A stretch of 64,000 nt of DNA from Schmidtea polychroa (lineage: Eukaryota): the NCBI GenBank assembly GCA_044892525.1, contig CM097885.1, positions 41,232,001-41,296,000 on the forward strand, read 5' to 3'. Below, one piece after another: positions 14,620-25,695 of this stretch; position 1 is the stretch's first letter, and the number at the start of each line of letters is the position of its first letter. The position numbers and the translations under genes are program-made. The notes below the pieces were generated by a model. The model had not been told where the DNA came from, searched no databases, and worked only from the letters and a program-made list of their open reading frames with translations.

Positions 14620-17420
14620 GCTATAGTGAGGGGGTCTCGATGGTCCTGGGATTTTCAATACAAAAAATTTTTTTCAATACAAAAACGATGGTCCTGGGAT
14701 TTTCAATACAAAAAATTTTTTTCTATACAAAAAGGCGGTCTCACTAAAAAAGCATGGATTTATCAGACTATAGTGAGGGGGTCTCGATGGTCCTGGGATT
14801 TTCAATACAAAAAATTTTTTTCAATACAAAAATCCGACTACCACTAAAAAAGCCAAGGAATTTTCAGACTATAGTGAGGGGGTCTCGATGGTCCTGGGAT
14901 TTTCAATACAAAAAAATTTTTTCTATACAAAAACGATGGTCCTGGGATTTTCAATACAAAAAAAATTTTCAATACAAAAATCCGACTATCAATAAAAAAG
15001 TATGGTAATTTAAGGTCTCAGGATATTTTCAATACAAAAGCTGGTCTACAATAAAAAAGCATGGTAATTTAAGGTCTCAGGATATTTTCAATACAAAAAG
15101 CTGGTCTACACTAAAAAACGTGGTAAATTTTTTCAATTAAAGTAAATTATGGTCAAAATTTTTGAATTACAGTAAATTATGGGTCAAAAAAATTAAATTA
15201 CAGTAAATTATGGTCAAAATTTTGAATTACAGTAAATTATGGTTCTAAAAATTAAATTAAAGTAAATAATGGTTCTAAAAATTAAATTAAAGTAAATTAT
15301 GGTTCAAATTTTAAAATTAAAGTAAATTATGGTTCTAAAAATTAAATTACAGTAAATTATGGTCCAAATTTTTAAATTAAAGTAAATAATGGTTCTAAAT
15401 TTTAAAATAAAGTAAATTAAGGTTCTAAAAAATTAAAATAAAGTAAATTATGGTCCAAATTTTTCAAATAAAGTAAATTATGGTCAAAAATTTTCAATTA
15501 CATTAAATTATAGTCCTAAAAATTGAATTACAGTAAATTATGGTCCTAAAAAATTAAATTACAGTAAATAATGGTAGAGTAAATTATGGTCCAAATTTTT
15601 CAAGTACAGTAAATAATGGTTCTAAATATTAAATTACAGTAAATTATGGTTCAAATTTTTCAATTAAAGTAAATTATGGTCCAAATTTTTAAATTAAAGT
15701 AAATAAAGGTTCTAAAAATTAAATTAAAAGTAAATTATGGTTCTAAATTTTTCAAATACAGTAAATTATGGTCCTAAAAAATTAAATTAAAGTAAATTAT
15801 GGTTCTAAAAAAATTAAATTACAGTAAATTAAGGTCCAAATTTTTCAAATACAGTAAATTATGGTCCTAAAAATTGAATTACAGTAAATTATGGTTCTAA
15901 AAAATTAAATTACAGTAAATAATGGTCCAAATTTTAAAATTAAAGTAAATTTAGGTTCTAAAAAATTAAATTAAAGTTAATTAAGGTCCAAATTTTAAAA
16001 TTAAGTAATCAATGGTAAAAAATTTTAAATAAGTAAATTAAAGTAAATTAAAGTAAGATTTTAAAAATTTAATTACAAAATAATAGAAGGTGTTTGAGAA
16101 TTGAAATTTTTTAATGAAAATTTTTATGAAATTATTTTTAAGTAATTTTTAATAGAAATTTTAATGAAATATTTTTCAATGGTAATTTTTAATGGAAATT
16201 TTTATGAAATAATTTTTAAGTAATTTTTAATAGAAATTTTAGCTGAAATATTTTTCAATGGTAATTTTTGATGGAAATTTTTAAGATAATTTTTAATGAA
16301 AATTTTTATGAAATATTTTTCAAAGACAAATTTTAATAATAATTCAACAACAAACCAACAACTTAGTACCAACAACCAGTAACTTACGAACATGTATTAA
16401 CAACCAGATACCTACAACTAGTTACTAACAACCAGTTACCTGATACCAGATACCTACCAACTACTTACAACCAAAATCAACCAGATACCTACAACTAGTT
16501 ACTAACAAACAATTACCTGGTACCAAGTACTTACAACTAGATACCACGTACTAAATAACTCTCAAACAACCAAGTACCTACAACAAATTACCAGATACCA
16601 AGTACCTACAACTAGTTACTAACAACTAGTTACCTCATACTAAGTACCTACAACCACCTAACAAGTACTAGCAACCAAAAACAAGCAACCAACCAGGTAC
16701 CAGATACCACCTACTAAATACCAACAACCAACTAGCTACCAGATACCTACAACTAGATACTAACAACTAGATACAAGTACCTACAACCACCTACCCATTA
16801 ACTAGCTACCAAGTACTAACAACTAGGTCTCAAACAACTAAATACTAACAACCAGTTATTAAGCATTATTAACCAACTACTAAGTACCTACAACCAAAAA
16901 CAACCAGCTATCAACTAGATACCAAGTACTTACAACCAGCATCAACCAGGTACTAAGCATCATCAACTAACTACTAAGTACCTACAACCTACAACTAGAT
17001 ACTAACAACCAGTTACCTGATACCAAGTACTAACAACCAAAAACAATCAACCAACTAGCTACCACCTACCAAGCACTCAACCGTCAACAACCAGTTACTA
17101 AGCATTATTAACCAACTACTAAGTACCTACAACCAACAACAACCAGGTACTAAGCATTATCAACCAACCAGGTACCAGATACCAAGTACTAACAACCGCC
17201 AACAACCAGATACCTACAACTAGTTACTAACAACTAACTACCACCTACCAAGTACTAACAACCAGTTACCAACTACTAAGCATTAATTACCTACAACTAG
17301 TTACTTACAACATGATACCAAGTACTTACAACCAACAACTAAGCATTATCAACCAAGTACTAACAACCAAGTAACTTACCTAGTACTAAGCACTGTCAAC
17401 TAGATACCAAACACTTACAA
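14620..17420 (+). repeat. Subterminal tandem-repeat blocks, left arm of the palindromic element
   Basis: CTATAGTGAGGGGGTCTCGATGGTCCTGGGATTTTCAATAC units (14620-15000), ~30-bp AAATTACAGTAAATTATGGTCC units (15130-16000), and ACCAAGTACTAACAACTAG-type degenerate repeats (16370-17420). Confidence 0.9.
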
Positions 17421-17709
17421 CCATATGACCACATGAAATTATTGGTTAAATATGAAAATAAGGATTATATTTAGTTGTTAAGTAAATTATGGTGTAAAAT
17501 TAAGAAATAAAGAATAATTAGGTAAATTAAAATTAAAAATTTTAAATAAGTAAATTAAGGTTCAAAATTTAAAATTAAGTATCCAATGGTTCAAATTTTA
17601 AATTAAAGCTAAATAAGTAAATTAAAGTAAGATTTTTAAATTTATTATCAAAAGATTGAATAACCACCAACTTTTTTGAGAAATGTAATTTATAATGGAA
17701 ATTTAAATG

Positions 17710-17761
<52 letters not shown>

Positions 17762-20700
17762 TCAACAGTTACCAACAATCGGTTACTGATTATTTTTTAA
17801 CTAGGTGCTAACAAATACTTACAACATGATACCACGTACTAACTAACTCTCAAACAACCAGATACTTACAACTAACTACTAAATATTCTTCACTGTATTT
17901 TATGAAATGCTTTTTAAATTAATTTTTTATCTATCTTCAAAAATATATTTAATTACAATCATTAGAAAAACCTTTTCAAATTTAACAAAAATGTTGATTT
18001 TCATCAAAAAACCACAACTCATCACCACGTGGAATTCAAAATAATTTTAATTACAATGAAAGACTAATGAATTCTAATTTACAAAACATTCTTCTTTTAA
18101 ATGATAACTACTGACTTATTATTGCAAAGTAAAAATCGCATTCAATAAATACTTATTGTTGATCAGTTTTATTATATATACTCTGAGTCTATCCGACAGG
18201 ATGTTTTGACCCCCTTAGGGTACAGGTCGTAAGGGTACTGGTCGTAAGGGTATTAGTCGTAAGGGTACTGGTTGTAAAGATATTGCTAACACTCAACCCC
18301 CACCTACCCATTAAGTAGTTACTAAGTACTATCAACCAGCTAACAACTAGATACCATGTACTAACAACCACCATCAAAACCTATCGAGAAATTAACATAT
18401 ATCAACCTACAACTATATAACAACAATCAGTAAACAACACTGTACCAACTACCAAATACAAGATATCAACAACTTAGTACCAACAATCAACTAACAACAC
18501 ATAAAAATAATAGCAATTAAATAAAAAAATTATTCTTCATCGCATACACTATTTTCTTATCAAAATCTAAAAAGTCAACCAACTACTTACAACCAACAAC
18601 TATGTACTAACAAATTGATCTTTAAAAGCAAATACTCTTCACTTGAAAAATTGAATGAAAAATTAATTGAACTCAAGGCATCAATAACTAGGTAAAAATT
18701 GATTAAATAATTGTAAAAATTTAAATTATTCGAAATAAATATCATAAAAATTTAATTAATGGACAAGAAAAAATTCTAGTCATCCAGTAAATAAAAAACT
18801 ACTGATCATTCAAGTTGAATCAACTAAGTTAATAAATTAATAAGATAAGATCTAGTAGATAATTGATTTTGATTGAATAAATTAATTGAAATAAAATTAA
18901 TTTTAATTATTTTTTTAAAAGTAATACATGTACTCAAATTGATTGACTGATTTCTCAATATATTCAAAAAATCAGTATAAATTCATTACAATTATCAAAG
19001 TCAGCAATCTACAATAAAAATAATTATCATTAAATTCCAAAAGAGACTAGATAGCTAATGATAACATCTAACAAACCAGTAAATTTATTTAAATGACAAT
19101 AATTGGTATATCCAAGTGAATTCTCCAATAAAATCATCTAAAAAGAATCATTTTCCCTGAAATATCTATATCTTTTAAGATTAGTATCTTATCGATAAGT
19201 ACTTGTTAAAGATCATATATTCACCTCAAACTAATAAGATTCCTTAAAATCCCCTTAAATGACTATATTTCTACCCTTAATTCATATTATTACAAATATT
19301 TCACTAAAATCATCTAAAAACCATCAAATTTCCTTGAAATAACAATATCTTTAAAGATTGATATTTTAATGATAAGTACCCTTAAAAGATCATATATTCC
19401 CCTCAGACTAATAAGATTCCTTAAAATCCCCTTTAAATGACTATAATTCTAACTTTAATTCCTATTATCACGAATATTTCCCTATAAAACATGTAAAATC
19501 ATTAACCCTAAATAATTTATAAAATCTAATGATAAAACTGGTTATAATTAAATTTTTTGTTAATCACTGTACTCGATATTTTAAATAAATATTACTACAA
19601 TATAACTGACTAGGTCCCATTGAAAGATTAAATTTATCCATTCAATAAAATATATTTCTTCAAATGATCATTTTTACCGATATTCAACCGATTTAATTAC
19701 TAATTAAAATCAAGATTTCTTTCAATAAAGATCAATTTTATTTAGTCAATGTTTTAAGTCCATATTTCTCAACTTTTGTCATTCTCCGCTTAAATAAAGA
19801 TAAAAATAATTTAAAGTTGAAGTCAATCCCAATTATCTGTAAAGATTTCATTGTCAAAACCAAGTAAATCGGTCATTAACACTACGTAATAAAACCCTGG
19901 ATAATTAATAGAAAATTTAATAAAACATTGTTCTAAACATAAATCTAAATTAATATACAATGGATTAATCACAACCTAATAAAACGATATAATTATTATT
20001 GATACATAACTGACTAATTGACATTTCCCTTAAAACAATGATATTTTACCAACATCACCATTAAAAAAATCATATATTCACATCTTAACCCATCCTTCAT
20101 TAAATTCAATCGACTATATCTCCCTTACAATGATATATTCCTACCTTATCCGATCTCTCATTAAATTCAATTGACTATATCTCCCTTACAATGATATATT
20201 CCCATCTTATCCGATCCCTCATTAAAGTCAATCGACTATATCTCCCTTACAATGATATATATTCCCATCTTAACCTATCCCTCATTTAATCTAACCGACT
20301 ATATCTCCCTTAAAAGATCATATATTCCCATCTTAACCGATCTCTCATTAAATCTCACCGACAATATCCCATCTTAACCGATCTCTCAGCAAATATTTCT
20401 ACCCTTTTAAACATCTATCCGATTATATCCCTTATTTTCCCTAAAGATTCCACCCACTTGAATCCTCCTTTAATTCAATTCAGTCTTAAAATCTTTAAAG
20501 AACTTCAAAAATATGACTTAATTGTTATAGACACCAAATATTCTTCCATTGAAATAATTTAGTAGCTATGTAGTAAGAGTTCACTAAAAGATCAAAAATC
20601 AATATTTTCTACAAATATATACCATCAAATACTGGAGATGATATATATTGATTGATCATAATTCTTCATCGATTCAGCCAATCATTTTCAAGCGCTATCA

Positions 20701-21172
20701 GCAAACAAAATTTCAGTATATTCTACAATCATTTTCAAGTAAATTTAAATTCCTTGTTAAAGTTAACTAGTTTCTTAGCTCATGTTTTTTAAAGTTCATC
20801 AATGAGTAAATATTCTTAGAAAATTATTGAAAAAATTATTTAGTGAAATATATTACAAACTTATCATTAAAAATTTATTCTATCACTTGAAATTAATTTT
20901 TATTTAAAAACTATTCAATAAAATACAACTAATTATCAAGAAATTAATTAAATTTATCAATTAAATTTATCACCATTAAAACTTTTAATCAGTCAACATG
21001 AAATTCTTAGAAAATTGTTCAATATCCTCATAAAAATTTATCCTACCACTTGATTATTGTACAAACTCTAATTATTAACCTCATTAAAAATTAAAAATAC
21101 ATCCAATTATCAAGAAATTAATTAAATTTATCTTAGAACTAACTTTGAATTATTAAATATTCATTCAATAAT

Positions 21173-21435
21173 AGTAGTGAGGAATCTATGCGCCCCAGCA
21201 CCCCCACCCTCAAAAAAACAGCGCTATTGACCCATATTTTCCACATTTATATGCTTTTTTACCCCATATTCTTCACTTTTTTTAACTTTTAAACTTTGTC
21301 CCCTATTGCCATTAACCCTTAATTTCTTCCCTTAAAAGTAAAAAAGTTCGGAATAGATGTATTTATAGATTAGTAATTCCGAGAAAAGGTAACGGGGTGC
21401 ATAGATTCCTCACTACTTGGTCTTAAGGATTTAAT
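21173..21435 (+). repeat. Left TIR of Polinton
   Basis: Reverse complement of ~36118-36380; contains an internal inverted copy of the terminal 24 bp ending at 21417. Confidence 0.95.
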
Positions 21436-21689
21436 GTTATAAGGATTTAATGTTATAAGAATATCAGATTACCTAATTCATAATGATCTAGGTCGCCTGA
21501 TCACCTTAAGGTTTTGAAAGTTTTAAAAATAAAAAATTTTATGAAAATAGTAAAACTGCTCTGAGAGGACAGTGGTATTTTTTTTTTTTTTTCACTGTCC
21601 CCTCAACAGTTTTTTTTTGATCCGGATCATTTTTTTTTTTATTTATCAACCTCTTTCGTTTATCAAATCTCTTCCAATATACAAGCTGG

Positions 21690-21947
21690 CCAGACTCATA
21701 CATCAGAATCAATCCGATAATAGCAGCACGCCTTATTATTCGCTTCTCGCTCACGAAGTCGATTTCAACGGCGTTTTAAGTGTGCTGCTCGAAAGTACAA
21801 ATGAATTCGAAAGCGAATCCGAAAGAGGTCCGAAAACAACTGAGAAATAAATGTGCACATTACCGGGATCGATCCGGGGGTGTTCGAAAGACAGGTGGCG
21901 ATAATTACCGGTTCGCCACCATCACCCGTTTCAATATTTTTTTTTTC
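21690..21947 (+). ncRNA. Candidate structured non-coding RNA
   Basis: GC-rich island with stems AGCAGCAC/GTGCTGCT and GGTGGCGA/TCGCCACC, several C-GAAA-G loops, a B-box-like GTTCGAAAG and a terminal T-run. Confidence 0.35.
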
Positions 21948-22101
21948 ATATTTATGTTTAAAAAATAATTAATTAATAAAAAAATAAAATAAAATAAAAT
22001 AAATAAAATAAAATATACAAGTACTTTATAAATATAAGATACCCACACTATTTTCAATATTATTTTCAAATTTTTAATATTATTTTATGTTGAAAAAAAA
22101 A

Positions 22102-22177
22102 CTAACCTCAGATGTGATTTGAATCACTATCCATTTGAACCACTGTGCCAGTCTATTCCCACTGCGCCATCAAGGTT
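22102..22177 (-). ncRNA. tRNA-like Pol III unit 1
   Basis: A box TGGCGCAGTGG, T-arm GTGA-TTCAAAT-CAC, terminal stem AACCT/AGGTT, followed directly by T9. Confidence 0.55.
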
Positions 22178-22423
22178 TGAATTTTTGTCATTTTTTAGAC
22201 TATAAATAATCGATTCAAGTTCTTTAACTCTTTCCTGTAATTGTTTCATTTTCTTCAATCTTATATCAGCAACATCTACAGCCTTCATATAAAAATGTCG
22301 ATACTTTTCATTATCTACCATCAACTCTTTGATGTATTCTAATGGTTCTTCTTCTCTTCTTTTCATTCTCTTATGTTTAACTTCATTCAATTCATTTCTC
22401 ATTCTTTCTTTTAACTCATCCAT
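22127..22423 (-). CDS. Small coiled-coil hypothetical protein (98 aa)
   Basis: ATG in the AAAATG context shared by the other viral genes; charged helical sequence. Confidence 0.55.
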   Translation of the reverse strand: MDELKERMRNELNEVKHKRMKRREEEPLEYIKELMVDNEKYRHFYMKAVDVADIRLKKMKQLQERVKELESIIYSLKNDKNSNLDGAVGIDWHSGSNG

Positions 22424-22587
22424 TTTTATAAATATTTTTTTATTGAATATATTAATTTTTGGTAGTTAAAACGTTTTTGATCTTAAATTTCCAAGAGTTG
22501 CCGTTGACCAATCACCTTAAAAATTTGTAAAAGTACTAAATCGAGTATGCTGATCAATATTTTGTTTAAAAAAAATTTGAAAAAAAA

Positions 22588-22661
22588 TTGACCGAAATGG
22601 GATTTGAACCCATTGGTATTGGCAATGCAGTCGAGTGCTATTACCACTAAGCTATACTCAA
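22588..22661 (-). ncRNA. tRNA-like Pol III unit 2 (tRNA-Cys-like 5' half)
   Basis: TTGAGTATAGCTTAGTGGTAATAGCACTCGACTGCA...ATGGG-TTCAAAT-CCCAT-TTCGGTCAA then a T-run. A and B boxes and a perfect T-arm are present; the anticodon stem does not pair. Confidence 0.65.
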
Positions 22662-22821
22662 TATAAAATAAGTTGTTAATGTGTGACTATTTATTGATGA
22701 AATTAATAATTAATTATTCATTTTCTCGACAACTACCACTCAGATCGATCTGAAAATTTAAATATATACTAAAATCAGTACGCTGAATCAGATTCCGTTG
22801 AAAAACAAATATCGAAAAAAA

Positions 22822-22896
22822 TTGACCAAAATCGAAAATTGAACCCGGTACTCCCGGTGATAAAATTGAAGCCTATTCCCACTCCGCTATAATGGC
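22822..22896 (-). ncRNA. tRNA-like Pol III unit 3 (degenerate)
   Basis: A box TAGCGGAGTGG and B-box-like GGGTTCAATT, ending GGTCAATTTTTTT as in unit 2. Confidence 0.45.
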
Positions 22897-22952
22897 TTAC
22901 ATAATATATTTAATTAATCCTATTGTGTGTGTGTAAATTTTAATATATAAAA

Positions 22953-24245
22953 ATGAATAACATAAATCTTAAAATTCAAGAAAAAAATAAATTAAATCTT
23001 GATTATAATAAAGAATTTACTCATGAAATTAAAAAAAAAGATATTTTAAAAATCTCTCCAACTTCAGGATCTATTGCAAACTTAAATCGTAGGGGTGATA
23101 TAGTTTTTCAATCTCTTCAAACATCAAACCCTATAGATATTTGTAATGCCAAATTATATTATAAAATCGAATTAGAAATTGAAGCAAACAAAGATATAAC
23201 CCTAGAAAATAATTTCTTTCCAAATTTATTCTCCAACATGAGATTAAAACTAGGATCATCAGAAATTGAAACTGTTTTGCATCCGGGAGTATATTCTACA
23301 ATGTTAAATTTTATTTTGACTGGTTGTGATTATAAAAACGAATATGGTGAATTAACAGGTTGGATTCCTGATGTTAATAAAGGGGATTTAGATAAAGATG
23401 GTTTAGATGTAAACCATGGTTACCATAAAAGAGCTGAACTTTATAAATCTAAAAAATTTGAAGGTTATTTTGAATTAAAACACTTGTTTGGATTCCTTCA
23501 AAACTATAATCGTATACTTCATAATGTTTTTATAGAATTCATCTGTAATAGAGTAGAAGGTGATAAAAGATTGTTCTATGGAGCTGTAGATACAAAAGCT
23601 AAATTAAAATTATCAACACTTGAATTACATATACCTGAATGGACATTAAACCCACATTCTGAGATTAAACTCCTTGAAAGATTAAATTCCAACAAGTCTA
23701 TAAATGTAAATTATTTAAATAGAATCTGTAGTGAATTTAGTATGACAGAGGGTTCAACATATTCTATAAAGGTAGCAAATTTAGCATACCGACCAAGATA
23801 TATCTTGATTGGATTCAAAGAAACAGATTCATCTTTCCAAAAAAATAACAATCTATTTATTCAAAAGATTGGAGATGATAATTTAAAAACAATACAAATT
23901 CAATTAAATAGTTCTTATTATCCAATAAATAGAATGGAATTTAATATTGAAAATAATGAAAACATATTCCCATATCTAAATTATATTGAAACATGTTATG
24001 ATTTCAAAGTTGAACCGCAATTAGGTTTAGAAGATTTCAAAAATTTATATTCTATATTTTGTATAAATGTTTCAGACCAAGATGATCGCCTAGCCATAAA
24101 TAATGTTGATGTTACACTTCATTTAACAAAGGATTCTAATTTTAAAGCTAAAGTATATACATTAATATTAGAAGAAAAGAAAATAGAAATGAAATTATAT
24201 GGTGGAAAGATTTCAATAATCGAAAATGTTAGGGGAGATTCTTGA
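22953..24245 (+). CDS. Major capsid protein (double jelly-roll, hexon-like)
   Basis: 430 aa, beta-rich, with motifs LENNFFPNLFS.MRL.LG..EIE, LKHLFGF, RPRYILIGF, LNSSYYP and FKNLYSIFCINVS typical of Polinton/adintovirus MCPs; consistent gene context. Confidence 0.8.
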   Translation: MNNINLKIQEKNKLNLDYNKEFTHEIKKKDILKISPTSGSIANLNRRGDIVFQSLQTSNPIDICNAKLYYKIELEIEANKDITLENNFFPNLFSNMRLKLGSSEIETVLHPGVYSTMLNFILTGCDYKNEYGELTGWIPDVNKGDLDKDGLDVNHGYHKRAELYKSKKFEGYFELKHLFGFLQNYNRILHNVFIEFICNRVEGDKRLFYGAVDTKAKLKLSTLELHIPEWTLNPHSEIKLLERLNSNKSINVNYLNRICSEFSMTEGSTYSIKVANLAYRPRYILIGFKETDSSFQKNNNLFIQKIGDDNLKTIQIQLNSSYYPINRMEFNIENNENIFPYLNYIETCYDFKVEPQLGLEDFKNLYSIFCINVSDQDDRLAINNVDVTLHLTKDSNFKAKVYTLILEEKKIEMKLYGGKISIIENVRGDS

Positions 24246-24274
24246 TATAATCCCTGATATTTTAACATTTTAAA

Positions 24275-25684
24275 ATGTCTTTAAATAAATATTGGAGATG
24301 TGAAACTTGTAATTGTCAAGTTACAAGACATCATAAAGCAAGCCATCTTAAAACTAAAAAACATACAGTAGGTGACCTAATTCCACGAGCTGGAGGCGAT
24401 TTGCAATCTTCAAAAACAACATCTTCAATATTAAAACCTTTTACTACAGAAAAATATCCAGGTGAAAGACATTTATTTAAACACAACTATACTGGACCAG
24501 GAACTCGTCTAGATATTAGATTAGATGAAAATAATAATCCCAAACAAGGAGAAGAACCAATAAATAGAATTGATCAAGCAGCTTTAAAACATGACATTGC
24601 ATACAATTCAACAAATCTTAGAGATAGACATGTTGCAGATGTGAATTTAATACATGATTTAAATAGTATCCAAAATCCATCAACCCAAGAAAAGATTCAA
24701 AGAGCTCTAGTTAAATTAGCAATGAAAGGTAAGATTTTCATAGGCTTAGGACACAGTCCGATCACCATGGGTGCAAGACTTCCTAGGAAAGCAAAAGATG
24801 TTGCTTATAAAAAGATTATCGAACAAGCAGAGATTGAAAGATCCCTCGAGAGTACAGCCAAGACTAGTTTACAAACCCCAACAGAATCAGAAATAAAATA
24901 TGCAAAGGAATTACACCATGAATTTAGAAAAAATAAAAAATATTTAAAAGTTCAAGTACATGAAAAAGATCAAACATGGTCTGCAGATTTAGTCTTTATG
25001 CCCAAATCATCAGACCCTGAAAAATATAAAATAATTTTAACTGTAATAGATTTATATACAAGATTTGCTTTTGCAAGATGTTTAGAAAATAAAACAGGAT
25101 ATTCTATTACAGAAGCATTTGAAAATATATTTGAAGAAAATCAAAGAATCCCAAAATATTTATGGAGTGATAAAGGAACAGAATTTTATAACAAAGTTTT
25201 TACAAAGTTTTTAAATGAAAATGATATTAAATTATATTCAACAGAAAACGAAGGAAAAGCAGTCGTAGTTGAAAGATTAAATAGAACATTAAAAAATAAA
25301 ATGTGGAAATATTTTACTGCTATTGGAAAACAAAAATGGAACAATGAATTGTTACAAAAGATTGTAAATGAATATAATAATGATGTACATAGTTCTATAA
25401 AATTAACACCTTTAAATGCTTCCATGAAGCCTGAAACCATTAAAGTGGTAAATATTGAAAATGATGTTATTGAAAAACCAAAGTTTAAAATTGGTGACCG
25501 AGTAAGAATATTTAAATATAAAAATAAATTTGAAAAAGGATTCACAGCAAAATGGACAAATGAAATTTTTATTATAAATAAAATACATTATACAACTCCA
25601 ATAACATATACCATCTTTGATTTAAATAATGAAAAAATATTAGGTAGATTTTATAATAATGAACTACAGAAAACAGATTTTTAA
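24275..25684 (+). CDS. Zinc finger - parvovirus-type PLA2 - retroviral-like (rve) integrase fusion
   Basis: N-terminal CETC...HLKTKKH; PLA2 motifs NYTGPG and DQAALKHDIAY...AD; integrase WSADL, VIDLYTRFAFA, WSDKGTEF, VVERLNRTLK; C-terminal KFKIGDRVRI...KGFTAKW. Confidence 0.92.
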   Translation: MSLNKYWRCETCNCQVTRHHKASHLKTKKHTVGDLIPRAGGDLQSSKTTSSILKPFTTEKYPGERHLFKHNYTGPGTRLDIRLDENNNPKQGEEPINRIDQAALKHDIAYNSTNLRDRHVADVNLIHDLNSIQNPSTQEKIQRALVKLAMKGKIFIGLGHSPITMGARLPRKAKDVAYKKIIEQAEIERSLESTAKTSLQTPTESEIKYAKELHHEFRKNKKYLKVQVHEKDQTWSADLVFMPKSSDPEKYKIILTVIDLYTRFAFARCLENKTGYSITEAFENIFEENQRIPKYLWSDKGTEFYNKVFTKFLNENDIKLYSTENEGKAVVVERLNRTLKNKMWKYFTAIGKQKWNNELLQKIVNEYNNDVHSSIKLTPLNASMKPETIKVVNIENDVIEKPKFKIGDRVRIFKYKNKFEKGFTAKWTNEIFIINKIHYTTPITYTIFDLNNEKILGRFYNNELQKTDF

Positions 25685-25695
25685 GTCGACAAGCC

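Noticed and set aside
14569..15008. Repetitive ORFs (RWSWDFQYKK) and CRISPR-like appearance of the repeats
   Set aside because: These are tandem subterminal repeats without unique spacers or cas genes, in a eukaryotic context, and they are mirrored in the other arm.
22588..22661. Functional tRNA-Cys gene
   Set aside because: The anticodon stem and much of the acceptor stem do not pair; kept only as a tRNA-like unit.
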